The notes: a model not told the origin generated them from the sequence alone. A DNA stretch of 64,000 nucleotides from an uncultured Verrucomicrobiae bacterium (GCA_963837955.1 CAWIPH010000002.1:4800001-4864000); one strand, 5' to 3'; counted from the first letter of the stretch, positions 40,049 to 50,187 are shown. Numbers and translations are program-made.

Positions 40049-41293
40049 TCAAGCACGGCGAGGCGTAGAGTTGTAAATTTCACCTCCCTCCCCTGGCTCG
40101 TACATCGCATCGAGGGCTTTCGCGATATCGCTGATTCGCTCCCGCATGCCCGGCAAAAGTCCCCGGCCTTCGTGTGCGACCAAAATGCAGACTTTGTGCT
40201 CAAGGAATACGCTGATTGGAATGTCGGCCAGTAACGTAACTGCAGCAACGCTGGAGCCATTTAACATTCTCACAAATTCCCGGCTGGCCCGGAGCAATCC
40301 GGGCGCACTGAATGCTGCTCCCAGGTGAAAGCCTTCCGGAAGGTCTCCTCCCATCACGGTCCCGTCTTCCAACAAGATCAAGGCACCTTTCACTTTGGGG
40401 AAAGTGCGCAGAAGCTTTGCCACCTGACGAGCATCAAGAAAATCGTCGGTTAGAAAAATCTCTTGAAGGCGTTCCAGTCCCAAACGGCGGAGTGGCTTAC
40501 CCGAGGTCGGAGATGTCAGCTCTGGTCCCACTGCGACCGTGCTGGAGTGCGGAGCAGGTTCCGGTGGACCTCCAGGATGTCTCTGACCGAACTCGGGCGC
40601 TCCATCCGGGCGATGCGAACCGACCTTGGGAAGGTCCTTGAACGGATCAGGACGTGTCTCTAGTTGTGGAAGAACCATCGGGGGAGAAGGCGGCCACGTT
40701 ACCTGAATCGCCGGAGGGTTCGGTGGTGCCGATTGAGGTTTTTCCCGAATCAATGGGAACGAGTTCGTCTCTCCCGAAAACTGGGGCGGGTTGGATGGCT
40801 CGGTTCGAGACGGATCATTCTGGGCCGCTCTCTCTAGTCTAAAGAATCCCTCGTCTTCGCGTGCGACCTGAGCAATCGGCGTGTCGAAATCGGTCGAAGG
40901 TGCGTTAGGCGCTTCCGCGTTCTCCGAGCGTAGGCAATTTTGTAGTTGCAGCACAACAGTCTTTAGAGACAAGGGGAAGAGTACTTCGTCTTTCGCCGCC
41001 GGTGGGACCAGCTTCGGATAGGTGCGACGGAGCACGCCCGCGGTAACCACGACACGCCCTTCCATCAACCCCTGGGTGTCGCGAAACTGAATGCGAATTT
41101 CCGGCGCGGTGAGACTCGACCAATTGAGAGTAGCACCCCCACCGCTGTCGACGAAATCTTCTGGCCGCAAAACGATAGTCTGGTCGGCCAATTCGGCCGA
41201 TTCTTCCAGGCTCGCCGATTCGTTTGTACCAGCGGGTTCACCAGTCTGGCCTTTCAAATTGCGAAAGAGATAGTTCCCAAATTTAGGTGGCAT
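40049..41293 (-). CDS. Pro-rich protein with C-terminal roadblock/LC7 (MglB-like) domain
   Basis: LRTFPKVKGALILLEDGTVMGGDLP...ISVF....CILVAH pattern after a long Pro-rich linker. Confidence 0.6.
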   Translation of the reverse strand: MPPKFGNYLFRNLKGQTGEPAGTNESASLEESAELADQTIVLRPEDFVDSGGGATLNWSSLTAPEIRIQFRDTQGLMEGRVVVTAGVLRRTYPKLVPPAAKDEVLFPLSLKTVVLQLQNCLRSENAEAPNAPSTDFDTPIAQVAREDEGFFRLERAAQNDPSRTEPSNPPQFSGETNSFPLIREKPQSAPPNPPAIQVTWPPSPPMVLPQLETRPDPFKDLPKVGSHRPDGAPEFGQRHPGGPPEPAPHSSTVAVGPELTSPTSGKPLRRLGLERLQEIFLTDDFLDARQVAKLLRTFPKVKGALILLEDGTVMGGDLPEGFHLGAAFSAPGLLRASREFVRMLNGSSVAAVTLLADIPISVFLEHKVCILVAHEGRGLLPGMRERISDIAKALDAMYEPGEGGEIYNSTPRRA

Positions 41294-41413
41294 CGGTTTG
41301 CTCGCTTTTATGCTTACGTGCGCGGATTCACAATCGCAGACCAAAATTTTTTGATAAATTCTTAAACGAAAGCACGCAGAGCATCCCGAGCGGCAACGGA
41401 GTTCGAGTCTCGC

Positions 41414-42094
41414 TCATGCGCTGATTCTCGCAGTCAAGGGCACGTTATGACCTGGTTTCTTCGCCCGTTTTATTCGCGCCGTTCCATTCGCCTTCCTGGC
41501 GCGAGACGGATTTGCCTTTTCGGTATTTTTCCCGGAATGACGCTTGGGTAGCTCGCATACCACCGTATCTGCTTCGATAGTTCGTTTATTAATTCTTATC
41601 TGTTTCGATTGCGGAGTCTCGCGCCGATTGGGTGAGTTTTGCCTCGAAATCCGCGCCACCCGTTTTCCTTTAGCTGTTCCTTTCGGACTATCGAGTATTT
41701 CCGCCACAGGGGTCTCCACCGGAATTTGCAGATCCGCTGTTTGAGTTTCAGCGAACGGACCCGGCAAAGACTGCTTCAAAGAAGGATCGATTTTACCGCG
41801 AGGATGCAGGGCCTTCAAAATCGTTTCTGTTGTTCTCTTTAGCGTTGCAAGGACGGCATTTGTGAGGGCACGAAGAGCGTGGGCCACCGATCTACAGGCG
41901 GTCGGAATCAACCCTAGGGAAACAGGGCCCCGTTGGTTGTGGTCGCGGCAAGTTTCGCCGCGAATCGAACGCGAGAAATCGTGGTCACTAAATCCCCTGG
42001 AATGATTCATGGCGGCCCGCCAAACCAGACGAAGACAGGCAGCGGCGACGAGACCCAGCCAAAGTGATAAAGCAACACTCGCAAAGGAAAGCAT
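41414..42094 (-). CDS. hypothetical protein with N-terminal TM and basic disordered tail
   Basis: 226 aa ATG ORF with a hydrophobic N-terminus. Confidence 0.45.
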   Translation of the reverse strand: MLSFASVALSLWLGLVAAACLRLVWRAAMNHSRGFSDHDFSRSIRGETCRDHNQRGPVSLGLIPTACRSVAHALRALTNAVLATLKRTTETILKALHPRGKIDPSLKQSLPGPFAETQTADLQIPVETPVAEILDSPKGTAKGKRVARISRQNSPNRRETPQSKQIRINKRTIEADTVVCELPKRHSGKNTEKANPSRARKANGTARIKRAKKPGHNVPLTARISA

Positions 42095-42224
42095 CGTTAT
42101 TTATCGCTTCTAACCGAATTATTAGCAACGCACAACAAAAATGTTTTAGTTTGCGGTTTTTGAAAGCTTTTCAATGGGACTTATAGGTCACATGGGACCC
42201 ATGAGTCGTCCCAATTCCTTAGCT

Positions 42225-43430
42225 TTAGCCCGTCTGCGGTTTCTCTTGCTGGTCGGTCACTTGGTAGAGCCGCCCTTTCCAGGTGACTCCTTTGCCCAGA
42301 GACCGACGCAGACTATTCAAGGCGATCGCGAAAGCGAGCAGGTAGCCGAACGGATGAAACAGCACACTAATCCAGGAGGTGCGGTAACGGAGCGTGATTA
42401 AAATGCGGAGCAATAGGATCAAACCAAGCAAAAGCCAGAGCTCCCAACCAGCGACCCAGGGCGCTAGAAAAAATGGTAAGGCGAAGACGACGACCTGGCC
42501 GAGGACTAAACTCGTGAACCCGACAAAATCACTCTCGAATAACGGCCAAAGGTTTTTGGTAAAACCTTCCCAAAGATCGGGGAATGAGCGGTACATCCGG
42601 CATTTGACGAGGCCAATGCCATCACAACTAACGAGGCGCAGCCCTTCATCGGTGCGAGCAGCGACGGCCCGGGCCAAGGCTACGTCTTCCACCAGATGAT
42701 TTTTAGCCGCAGCGGCATGGCCACCGATTCGTTGATAGGTTTCTCGGCGAATGCAGATGAACTGTCCATTGGCGGTGCCAATGGTCCGGAGCCACTTCGG
42801 TCCCATCCATCTGGCTAAACCAGAGTGCCATTGGGCCCATGATAATAACCAGTGGGGCAGGCAACCGGCGGCAGCGACGAACAGGAACGGGATCATCAAT
42901 TTCTCACCAAATGTACGTGTAATTTGGTAAGGCCAAGCGGTTAACAGATCCGAACGTTCCTGCAGCGCGGCAGTAACGACGGCCGAAATCATGCCGGAAT
43001 GATGAACGGTGTCCGCATCGGTAAACAGCAAATATTCGCCGCGCGCAACCTGGGAAAGCTGATGGCAAGCCCACGATTTGCCGGTCCAATTTGCCGGCAA
43101 GGGACGACCGGAGATCAGTCTAAATTGAGCGCCTGGTTCGACCGAGAATCCGAGCTGTTGCACCAGATCGGGAGTGCCATCATCGGATTGATCGTCCAGA
43201 ACGATGCATTCGAAATCGGGATAATCCTGGGCGAGCAACGACCGGAGACAGGGCCTAATGCGTTCGACTTCATTCCGAGCCGGCACCAGTACAGAAACCT
43301 GCGGGCACTTTTCCGGAATGGGTCCGGCCCGAAGCCGCGGCAGAACTCGCAGATTGGCGACGAACTGAACCAAGACCAAAACAACAATTCCGATTGATCC
43401 CCAGAGCCAAAGATGAATGAGCCAAGGCAT
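42225..43430 (-). CDS. family 2 glycosyltransferase (CrtQ/CruC/HpnB-like)
   Basis: VPARNE, LDDQSDDGT, WTGKSWAC, FTDAD, VEDVALAR, WKGR. Confidence 0.88.
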   Translation of the reverse strand: MPWLIHLWLWGSIGIVVLVLVQFVANLRVLPRLRAGPIPEKCPQVSVLVPARNEVERIRPCLRSLLAQDYPDFECIVLDDQSDDGTPDLVQQLGFSVEPGAQFRLISGRPLPANWTGKSWACHQLSQVARGEYLLFTDADTVHHSGMISAVVTAALQERSDLLTAWPYQITRTFGEKLMIPFLFVAAAGCLPHWLLSWAQWHSGLARWMGPKWLRTIGTANGQFICIRRETYQRIGGHAAAAKNHLVEDVALARAVAARTDEGLRLVSCDGIGLVKCRMYRSFPDLWEGFTKNLWPLFESDFVGFTSLVLGQVVVFALPFFLAPWVAGWELWLLLGLILLLRILITLRYRTSWISVLFHPFGYLLAFAIALNSLRRSLGKGVTWKGRLYQVTDQQEKPQTG

Positions 43431-43558
43431 TATCGAAAAAGTTGTGGCATCCCGGTCATGGCGATGACGTTACCGCCGATTTCGGCGAGCGGCGAATCGT
43501 GAACGAGGGCCGCTTCTATCTGAATGGATGCAAGCCGAGCGAGCAACGTGAAAACAGT

Positions 43559-44032
43559 TCAGCGGGAGAGCAACTCCGCGATGGTCTCCCGGACAAAATC
43601 GTATCCGTCATCCCACTCGGTCGCACGCGGTCCGGCTACATTCAGCACTTCGATCCGATGCTCTTCGCAGAAACCGTTGATCCGGTCGGCTGCGGTTTCC
43701 GGCAGACAGAGTTCCGCATCAATCAGAAGATAGGGCCGCTGCAAAAAGAGGCAGGTCTCCAAGGTCTTCTCGGTCCCACCAGATAATGACTCGAAATAGA
43801 AAATCACGGTACCGTCGGATTCCGCCACGTTCATCAAAGTGCGTTCCAGAGGACCGCCCCGATCCAGTTCCCGAAGCGGGTAGAGCGCCGGTATGATTCC
43901 ATCCTCGGCCAAGCGCCCAGCCGGACAATAACCGCCAACGGGGAAGCCGGCGGCTAAGGCCGCATCCAAAGCTCCTCGGTCAACGCCGGTTTGGCCTCCA
44001 GAAATGATTCGGATGAGAGTGGGTTTTTCCAT
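43559..44032 (-). CDS. putative molybdenum carrier/cpYpsA SLOG-family protein
   Basis: IISGGQTGVDRGALD, RTLMNV..SDGT, LNVAGPRA. Confidence 0.88.
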   Translation of the reverse strand: MEKPTLIRIISGGQTGVDRGALDAALAAGFPVGGYCPAGRLAEDGIIPALYPLRELDRGGPLERTLMNVAESDGTVIFYFESLSGGTEKTLETCLFLQRPYLLIDAELCLPETAADRINGFCEEHRIEVLNVAGPRATEWDDGYDFVRETIAELLSR

Positions 44033-44086
44033 TAAACAGCGCGATCACCTTGAGCAAGCTCGAACCGGATGGCATAAAGAGCGGCA

Positions 44087-44605
44087 ATGCACAGGCTTCT
44101 TTCCTTGGCGGCGGTCGCAGCTCTGCTTCTGGCGGGTTGCTCGGAGATCGAAAACACTGTCTACGATATACGCGGGCTGCCTCCCGGAAAAGCCGCGATC
44201 GTGATCGATCTGGCTGACCAGCATGCTTACTTATATTCCGGACAGGAAATGGTCTTATCCGCGGCGATTTCCTCCGGGCGAGAAGGGCATAATACCGCGG
44301 CGGGAAAATATCGGATTATCGAGAAGGACATCAATCACCGGTCAAGCGTCTACGGCGCATACGAAGAGAACGGCTTGGTGGTGAAAGCCGACGTGAATGC
44401 ACTGAAAGATCCGAAACCGCCCGGGAGCTATTTCGTGGGTGCGCCGATGCCTTATTTTCTCCGGATCTACGACGGAGTCGGCATGCACGAAGGCTATCTT
44501 CCCGGGTACCCGGCATCACACGGCTGTATTCGGATGCCGGGATCGAAAGCGAAACGCTTCTTCGCCGCGGTTAAAGTCGGCACGCCGGTTATCGTGCGGA
44601 GATAG
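44087..44605 (+). CDS. L,D-transpeptidase lipoprotein
   Basis: Lipobox LLAGC; MPYFLR, GMHEG...ASHGCIRM. Confidence 0.92.
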   Translation: MHRLLSLAAVAALLLAGCSEIENTVYDIRGLPPGKAAIVIDLADQHAYLYSGQEMVLSAAISSGREGHNTAAGKYRIIEKDINHRSSVYGAYEENGLVVKADVNALKDPKPPGSYFVGAPMPYFLRIYDGVGMHEGYLPGYPASHGCIRMPGSKAKRFFAAVKVGTPVIVRR

Positions 44606-44619
44606 CCGCGAGTAAGCGG

Positions 44620-45210
44620 TTATCGCTTCTCTTTGACGGTCGGCGCCGGGCTGGAAACGTCGATGTTCGTTCTGATCCAGGATTTCAGCAATTCCTGCTC
44701 GAAATAGAACTCGTTGTATTTGAGCTGGATATCCTCAATCGTGAGGTTTGGGCTAAAACCCACATACGATGCAGAGGTCGCCGCGCTCGACCCGTGCATC
44801 AGCACGCGGCCTTTGGCGTCGGTCAACGTGTAGCTGAAATAGAGCCTTACCGGGTCCCGGCCGTTCCCGTTGTAGAAACGGATCTGCCGAAAATTGGGGC
44901 CCAGCCGCGGTTCATACCGCCCGCCCAGATCGATATCGGTGAACTGAAAGGTCAGCGTGCAACCAGGCGCTACTTTGGCCAGCGCGGGCCCTAGCTTGGA
45001 AGGCATTTCGCCGGCAAATCTTGCGGCTGTCTCTCGCTCACTCCGATCTTGAACCACAAAATCAGTAAAATATCCAATCGACGTGCCGCTAAATTTCTCC
45101 GGGTGAGCGTAGGTAATAACTACATTAGCCGGGGATGCAGCCAAGGCGGAAGTGGCCGCTGCGGCTGCCAGCAGCAAAGCGAAGGGTTGCCACAGGTAAT
45201 TCTTTTTCAT
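44620..45210 (-). CDS. secreted DUF3016-like protein
   Basis: Signal peptide; HPEKF, FTDIDLGGRYEP, YTLTDAKG. Confidence 0.75.
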   Translation of the reverse strand: MKKNYLWQPFALLLAAAAATSALAASPANVVITYAHPEKFSGTSIGYFTDFVVQDRSERETAARFAGEMPSKLGPALAKVAPGCTLTFQFTDIDLGGRYEPRLGPNFRQIRFYNGNGRDPVRLYFSYTLTDAKGRVLMHGSSAATSASYVGFSPNLTIEDIQLKYNEFYFEQELLKSWIRTNIDVSSPAPTVKEKR

Positions 45211-45347
45211 AACCTATTGATCCTAGTTTACCAGTCTACAGCAATAGACCGATTTCGCATTTGATTTATTCCCGGGTTCCTGATTTCCGGGACGCGGAAA
45301 CCCGTTGCAAACCATGGTGGTGTAGGATACCGAAACAGTCCGGCTTT

Positions 45348-46910
45348 ATGTATCCGAAAACGGTCAGTATCTACGACACCACCCTGCGGGACGGTACGCA
45401 GGCGGAAGGCATCTCTTTCAGCGTGCAAGATAAAATCCGGATCGCGGAAAAACTCGATGCTTTCGGGATTCATTACATTGAAGGGGGTTGGCCGGGCTCT
45501 AATCCAAAGGACATTGAGTTTTTTGCTGAGGCTAAGAAACGGCGCTGGAAGAACGCGAAGCTGTGCGCTTTCGGGAGTACTTGCCGGGCAAACCTTCGGC
45601 CGGAGGAAGACTCGCAGGTGGCACTGCTCATCGAAGCAGAAACACCGGTCGTAACCATCGTCGGGAAGAGCTGGCGCTTTCATGTCGAGGAAATTTTGGG
45701 CGCGAAAGTGGAAGAAAACTTCCGCATGATTCGCGAGACGGTGGCCTATCTGAAGTCCCGCGGAAAAGAGGTCATCTTCGACGCCGAGCATTTTTTCGAC
45801 GGTTACAAGGATGAACCGGCTCACGCGCTGCAATCGATCCAGGCAGCTGCCGAAAGTGGCGCCGATCTGGTTGTGCTCTGCGATACGAATGGAGGAACCC
45901 TTACGCACGAGGTCGAAACGATTACGCGCTCCGTGGTCCAGGCAATGACTGTCCCGGTCGGTATTCACACACACAATGACTGTGAACTAGGCGTGGCTAA
46001 TGCCTTGGCCGGGTTACAGGCTGGCGCCGTCCAGGTGCAAGGGACGATCAACGGATACGGCGAACGGACCGGTAACTGCAACCTGACGAGCGTGATCCCG
46101 ATCGTGCAACTGAAGCTCGGTATCGAGGTTGTGCCGGATCTGCGAAAGCTCCGAGAATTGTCGTTGTTCGTGGATGACCTGGCTAACTGCCAACATAATA
46201 TTCGAGCCCCTTTCGTTGGTTCCACCTCGTTCACGCACAAGGGAGGTTTGCACGCACATGCCGTGACCAAGCTGGCCAAAAGCTACGAACACATTTCCCC
46301 TGAATCGGTCGGTAACTTTCAGCATATCGTCGTTTCCGAACTCTCCGGGCAGAGCAATGTAATCGCTAAAGCTCGGGAGCTGGGCTTTGCGTTGGAGAAA
46401 GGTTCGCCCGCGGTGGCGGCGATCTTGCGGGAGGTCAAACGACTCGAACATCTCGGCTACGAATTTGAGGCGGCCGAGGGATCCTTCGAATTGTTGATCC
46501 GCAGAATATTGGTTAATCCGGAACCACTTTGGGAGCTGCTGGAGTATCACTGCACCTACATCCGATCGGTCCGTAACCGGTACGAGACCTGCGAGGCGAC
46601 CGTTAAATTGCGCGTAGGCAAAGAGAACTATTACATGGTGGCAGAAGGAGATGGCCCGGTGAACGCTCTGGACGCCGCGTTGCGCAAGGCGTTGACGCCG
46701 GTTTATCCGATGATTCAAACGATCACCCTCGATGATTACAAGGTGCGGATTATCGGTTCACATGTCGGAACTGAGGCGCGCACGCGGGTATTGGTAGATT
46801 CAACTGATCATCACGAAAACTGGTGCACCGTTGGAGTGTCAGACAACATTATCGAAGCGAGCTGGCTGGCATTGGTTGATAGCTACGAATATAAGTTGCG
46901 GCGCTCTTAA
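45348..46910 (+). CDS. cimA: citramalate synthase
   Basis: YDTTLRDGTQAEG, EGGWPGSNPKD, DAEHFFDG, HTHND, GYGERTGN, GPVNALD. Confidence 0.93.
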   Translation: MYPKTVSIYDTTLRDGTQAEGISFSVQDKIRIAEKLDAFGIHYIEGGWPGSNPKDIEFFAEAKKRRWKNAKLCAFGSTCRANLRPEEDSQVALLIEAETPVVTIVGKSWRFHVEEILGAKVEENFRMIRETVAYLKSRGKEVIFDAEHFFDGYKDEPAHALQSIQAAAESGADLVVLCDTNGGTLTHEVETITRSVVQAMTVPVGIHTHNDCELGVANALAGLQAGAVQVQGTINGYGERTGNCNLTSVIPIVQLKLGIEVVPDLRKLRELSLFVDDLANCQHNIRAPFVGSTSFTHKGGLHAHAVTKLAKSYEHISPESVGNFQHIVVSELSGQSNVIAKARELGFALEKGSPAVAAILREVKRLEHLGYEFEAAEGSFELLIRRILVNPEPLWELLEYHCTYIRSVRNRYETCEATVKLRVGKENYYMVAEGDGPVNALDAALRKALTPVYPMIQTITLDDYKVRIIGSHVGTEARTRVLVDSTDHHENWCTVGVSDNIIEASWLALVDSYEYKLRRS

Positions 46911-46964
46911 TCTCTTAACCTCCAGGCCGGCGATTCCGTCTTTATTGTCCTGACAATACCCTTT

Positions 46965-47771
46965 ATGGCGTCGCTTACCTTTCTCGGCACCGCGCCCGGA
47001 TACCCGGCTGCCAACAAAAATCATACTGGTTTATTGTTGGAGACAGGTACGAAGAAGGTCTTAATTGATGCGGGCGAGCCAAGCAGCCGGACCTTGCTGG
47101 AGATCGGGGTCGACCCGGCCGATCTCGATGCGATCGTGATAACCCACGGTCATTCGGATCACACTGGCGGTTTGCCGATGGTTATCCAAGCGGCCTGGAT
47201 CGTCGGTCGAAAAGCACCGCTGCCGATCACTTTACCGGCGGAGCTGATCGATCCCCTGAGGAATTGGCTGGACGCCTCGTATATCGGCCCGAACTTTCTG
47301 CCATTCGAAATCCATTTCCATGCCTGGGAAAACGCGCCAGTCCATCAGGTTGCGGGCTGCGAGATCACGCCAACACCAACCACCCATCTCCAATCACTGG
47401 TAGACCGGTTTGGGAACGGACGATTTCACGCGTTTAGTTTCGCGGTCCGGCATCCGAACTTTGAGTTTGTTTTTTCCGGGGATCTCGGAGCGCCGAACGA
47501 TCTGGCTAGACCGCTCAAAACCGGAACTGATCTATTGGTATGCGAGATCGCGCATTTCGAGCCTAAAGCACTGTTCGAATTTCTTTCGACGCGAAAGGTT
47601 ACGCGCTTGGTTTTGACTCACGCGTCGGCAGAGGTCGCGGCGGAGATTGGGACGGTGCTAGCCGCTGCGCGGAAAGCGCTCCACCACACGGAAGTCTTAT
47701 ATGCGACCGATAAGATGCGGTTGGAATTGCGGCGCTGCGGCGAGTTGCCCGATCGCAAGACGGTTGAATGA
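46965..47771 (+). CDS. RNase Z/BN-like metallo-beta-lactamase
   Basis: FLGT, LIDAGE, THGHSDHTGG, FSGD, LTH. Confidence 0.85.
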   Translation: MASLTFLGTAPGYPAANKNHTGLLLETGTKKVLIDAGEPSSRTLLEIGVDPADLDAIVITHGHSDHTGGLPMVIQAAWIVGRKAPLPITLPAELIDPLRNWLDASYIGPNFLPFEIHFHAWENAPVHQVAGCEITPTPTTHLQSLVDRFGNGRFHAFSFAVRHPNFEFVFSGDLGAPNDLARPLKTGTDLLVCEIAHFEPKALFEFLSTRKVTRLVLTHASAEVAAEIGTVLAAARKALHHTEVLYATDKMRLELRRCGELPDRKTVE

Positions 47772-47915
47772 ACCGCGAATCGGCACTCATTGGCGCGAAT
47801 TCAGGAGACGGAGTGCTTTTCGTCTAGCATTGCCAGATCGCCTGGAAATACTGAGGTCCCGCGGGAGGATCGGTAACTAAGGTACGGTTACCTCCAGGTC
47901 GCCCGGCCGAGCAAA

Positions 47916-48194
47916 TCATTTCGCGGGCTTGACGTGTTCAGCTACGCGCCCGAGCCGAAGTTCCCGTTCTTCTCGAACCCCGGTTCTCGGCTCAGGGTAG
48001 AACCCGGTGAGCACGACTCGACGGCCCTTTCGAACGAGCTTGAGGTCCGCATCGTCGGCCAGCGGACGCAATTCGATGCGATCGGCGACGACGGTCAGTT
48101 CGAGCCGGGAACGTGCCCGCAGTTGAAGTCGTTCTCGCACTTCTTTGGGCAACACAAGGCGACCGAGCCGATCCATTGTGACGGTTTTCCGCAT
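47916..48194 (-). CDS. AbrB/MazE-type DNA-binding protein (orphan antitoxin)
   Basis: MDRLGRLVLPKEVRERLQL. Confidence 0.82.
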   Translation of the reverse strand: MRKTVTMDRLGRLVLPKEVRERLQLRARSRLELTVVADRIELRPLADDADLKLVRKGRRVVLTGFYPEPRTGVREERELRLGRVAEHVKPAK

Positions 48195-48285
48195 AGTGAA
48201 ACTGTTACCGGTCTCCTTGCCGGCACGCAAGCTAACAGGTGCCTATTCAGGCACCTCACACAAGCCAACCGCACTGTTTTAGTGT

Positions 48286-48354
48286 TTAGGAACCGCGAAC
48301 GGACACTAATTGACGCGAATGGACCGAGACCGAGGTGTCAACCAGGACGGGCAT
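48286..48354 (-). pseudogene. VapC toxin 5' remnant
   Basis: MPVLVDTSV.. (PIN N-terminus) directly after vapB, then runs into a dispersed repeat and a stop. Confidence 0.6.
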
Positions 48355-48362
48355 CACGAGTT

Positions 48363-48557
48363 TTATTTGGAGCTTCGCCGCCTGCGAACTGCTTTCGCTC
48401 TTGGTGCGGAACCGCCAAGCATCGCGAGGCGGAGTGCTGCCTCACGCTGGATGAGCGCTTCCAATCCCAGATGAATTAACCGGGTCTTCTCACTGATTCC
48501 GGTACAGCTTTGGGCTTTCGCCACGAGCTCTTCATCCAGGTTAAGCGTGGTCCGCAT
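48363..48557 (-). CDS. VapB-family antitoxin
   Basis: MRTTLNLDEELV..A...TGI.EKT..I..GLEALIQREAA.RLA.LGGS; TGCAT-N7-ATGCA palindrome upstream (48569-48585). Confidence 0.85.
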   Translation of the reverse strand: MRTTLNLDEELVAKAQSCTGISEKTRLIHLGLEALIQREAALRLAMLGGSAPRAKAVRRRRSSK

Positions 48558-48589
48558 ACGGACATATATGCATTTCTGGTATGCACCAA

Positions 48590-49228
48590 TCAAGACGGAC
48601 TTTGTGAGCAGGAGCTCAAAGGCAAGGAAGCTGCATCAGAGTCTTCGGCAGCGTAGGAACTATCTTGTCTTGCGAAACATAGTTCCTTTTGCTCTAACCG
48701 CAGTGCCGAATCCGTCTTCGCCGCTATTCTCAGCGACCCTTGAATCGTTAGTTCGAACGATTGCCATTTCACACAAAGGTAAGGCGAGCGGGTCAACCGG
48801 CCGGATTCCACCGCCTTTATGTGGTACTCGTAAATTCCCATCTCCTCGCCCGAAAAAACGCCGACCGGATTAAGGAACTCCAATAAGTCCCACATCTCGA
48901 ATAGGATTCTTTCAGAATCAGTTGGCGGGTTTAGCGAAACACTCACGCATCGGTATTCTCCCCTTTCGTAAGCCGCCGCGGCTCCGCCGGTGGTTGTAGA
49001 ACCATAGAAGAAGATCAATTCGTCTGCTCGGCGACGAGGTTCCGCCGGTAGCGTATCGTTCTTCAGCGGAATGTTCTTCGCTGACCTGCTTTTGAAATTT
49101 TGAATCGACATGACTTCGACTCCCTTCAGTAATTTTTCCAGCAGCGGCCAAAGAATTTGTAGAACTTGCCAAGTCGACGATCCGCTCTGGCCGTCTACCA
49201 CCGCTACATGATTGATCTTTGCGGGCAT
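48590..49228 (-). CDS. hypothetical protein, possibly a 5'-degraded immunity-like gene
   Basis: 212 aa ORF; the frame extends upstream past a TAG near 49290. Confidence 0.4.
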   Translation of the reverse strand: MPAKINHVAVVDGQSGSSTWQVLQILWPLLEKLLKGVEVMSIQNFKSRSAKNIPLKNDTLPAEPRRRADELIFFYGSTTTGGAAAAYERGEYRCVSVSLNPPTDSERILFEMWDLLEFLNPVGVFSGEEMGIYEYHIKAVESGRLTRSPYLCVKWQSFELTIQGSLRIAAKTDSALRLEQKELCFARQDSSYAAEDSDAASLPLSSCSQSPS

Positions 49229-49486
49229 AGGCTTGATCCATCGAATATGCCTCCTGAAGTTTCCCTCAGAAATCTCATCGCAGCGAGGCTAAAAGATCCC
49301 AATCATCCAGCGACACCGAACCTTGATGAAGTCGATTTGGTCGAGATTGCTTATGGATTAGCCGTTGCGCAATTTGTAAGGGTTGCGATCGCAGGATCGG
49401 TCAAGCCCAACGTATCTGTGCCAGTACTCGGCTTATTAGCAACGCACCGGCAGTGCCAGAGCCGCCAAGATTTTGTTCGTCTTCGC

Positions 49487-50110
49487 CTATTTCCAGACGA
49501 ACTCAGGGTGCTTCAATCGACCAAGACTTCCAGCCTTGAAAAAGCACTCTTCGCCAAGGAACCCCTTGATTCGCATTTTGGTCTCTCCAAATGCGGAGGC
49601 ATTTCGGACATCATCCAAACCCGGCGTGAGCTGTAGCAAAACTGTTTCGTTGTTAAGCGCTTCGGCGTTGTGAAACCGGCGCAGAGAGCAGTTTTGTCTT
49701 GCCGAACATTTTCACATAAGGCGCGCCGAATACGGTTATCCAGTATATGTCGGGAATACATTGCTGAAGGAACTGACTGTAAACCGCAAAGTGGAATTTT
49801 GTAGCTCGCTTGTCCAGATTCCAAGCGTCCGGTTTTGACGCCCAAAATCTATCTCTGCTTGAGTAAACAGTGTGAGACAACCGAAATCTGCCTCCAGGTC
49901 TTTGGCAGCCGCCCGTAGAAAGCAACTTAACTTGCTAACACCTACCCCATCGAAATCGAAAGCTAGCTTCCACATGGCGTGCAACGGCCGCGTCCCCTCG
50001 GTACCCATGACGTGAAAGCTCAGTTTGTGGGATTGAAAATTCGGATTGTACCCCCAGAGGAAAACACAGCGTCTTGCAAAGGTCCAGAGATGTATTGCGT
50101 GTTGGCTCAA
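49487..50110 (-). pseudogene. frameshifted immunity-protein-like gene
   Basis: Three frame segments join: FLRAAAKDLEADFG / IPDIYWITVFGAPYVKMFGKTKLLSAP / EALNNETVLLQLTP...HPEFVWK*. Confidence 0.55.
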
Positions 50111-50187
50111 CGGACTTAAAATCCGTTTGCCCTACCAAAAGGCCAACCGCTGAACCCGAACAATTCGCGAGGCCATTTGCACTCTTC

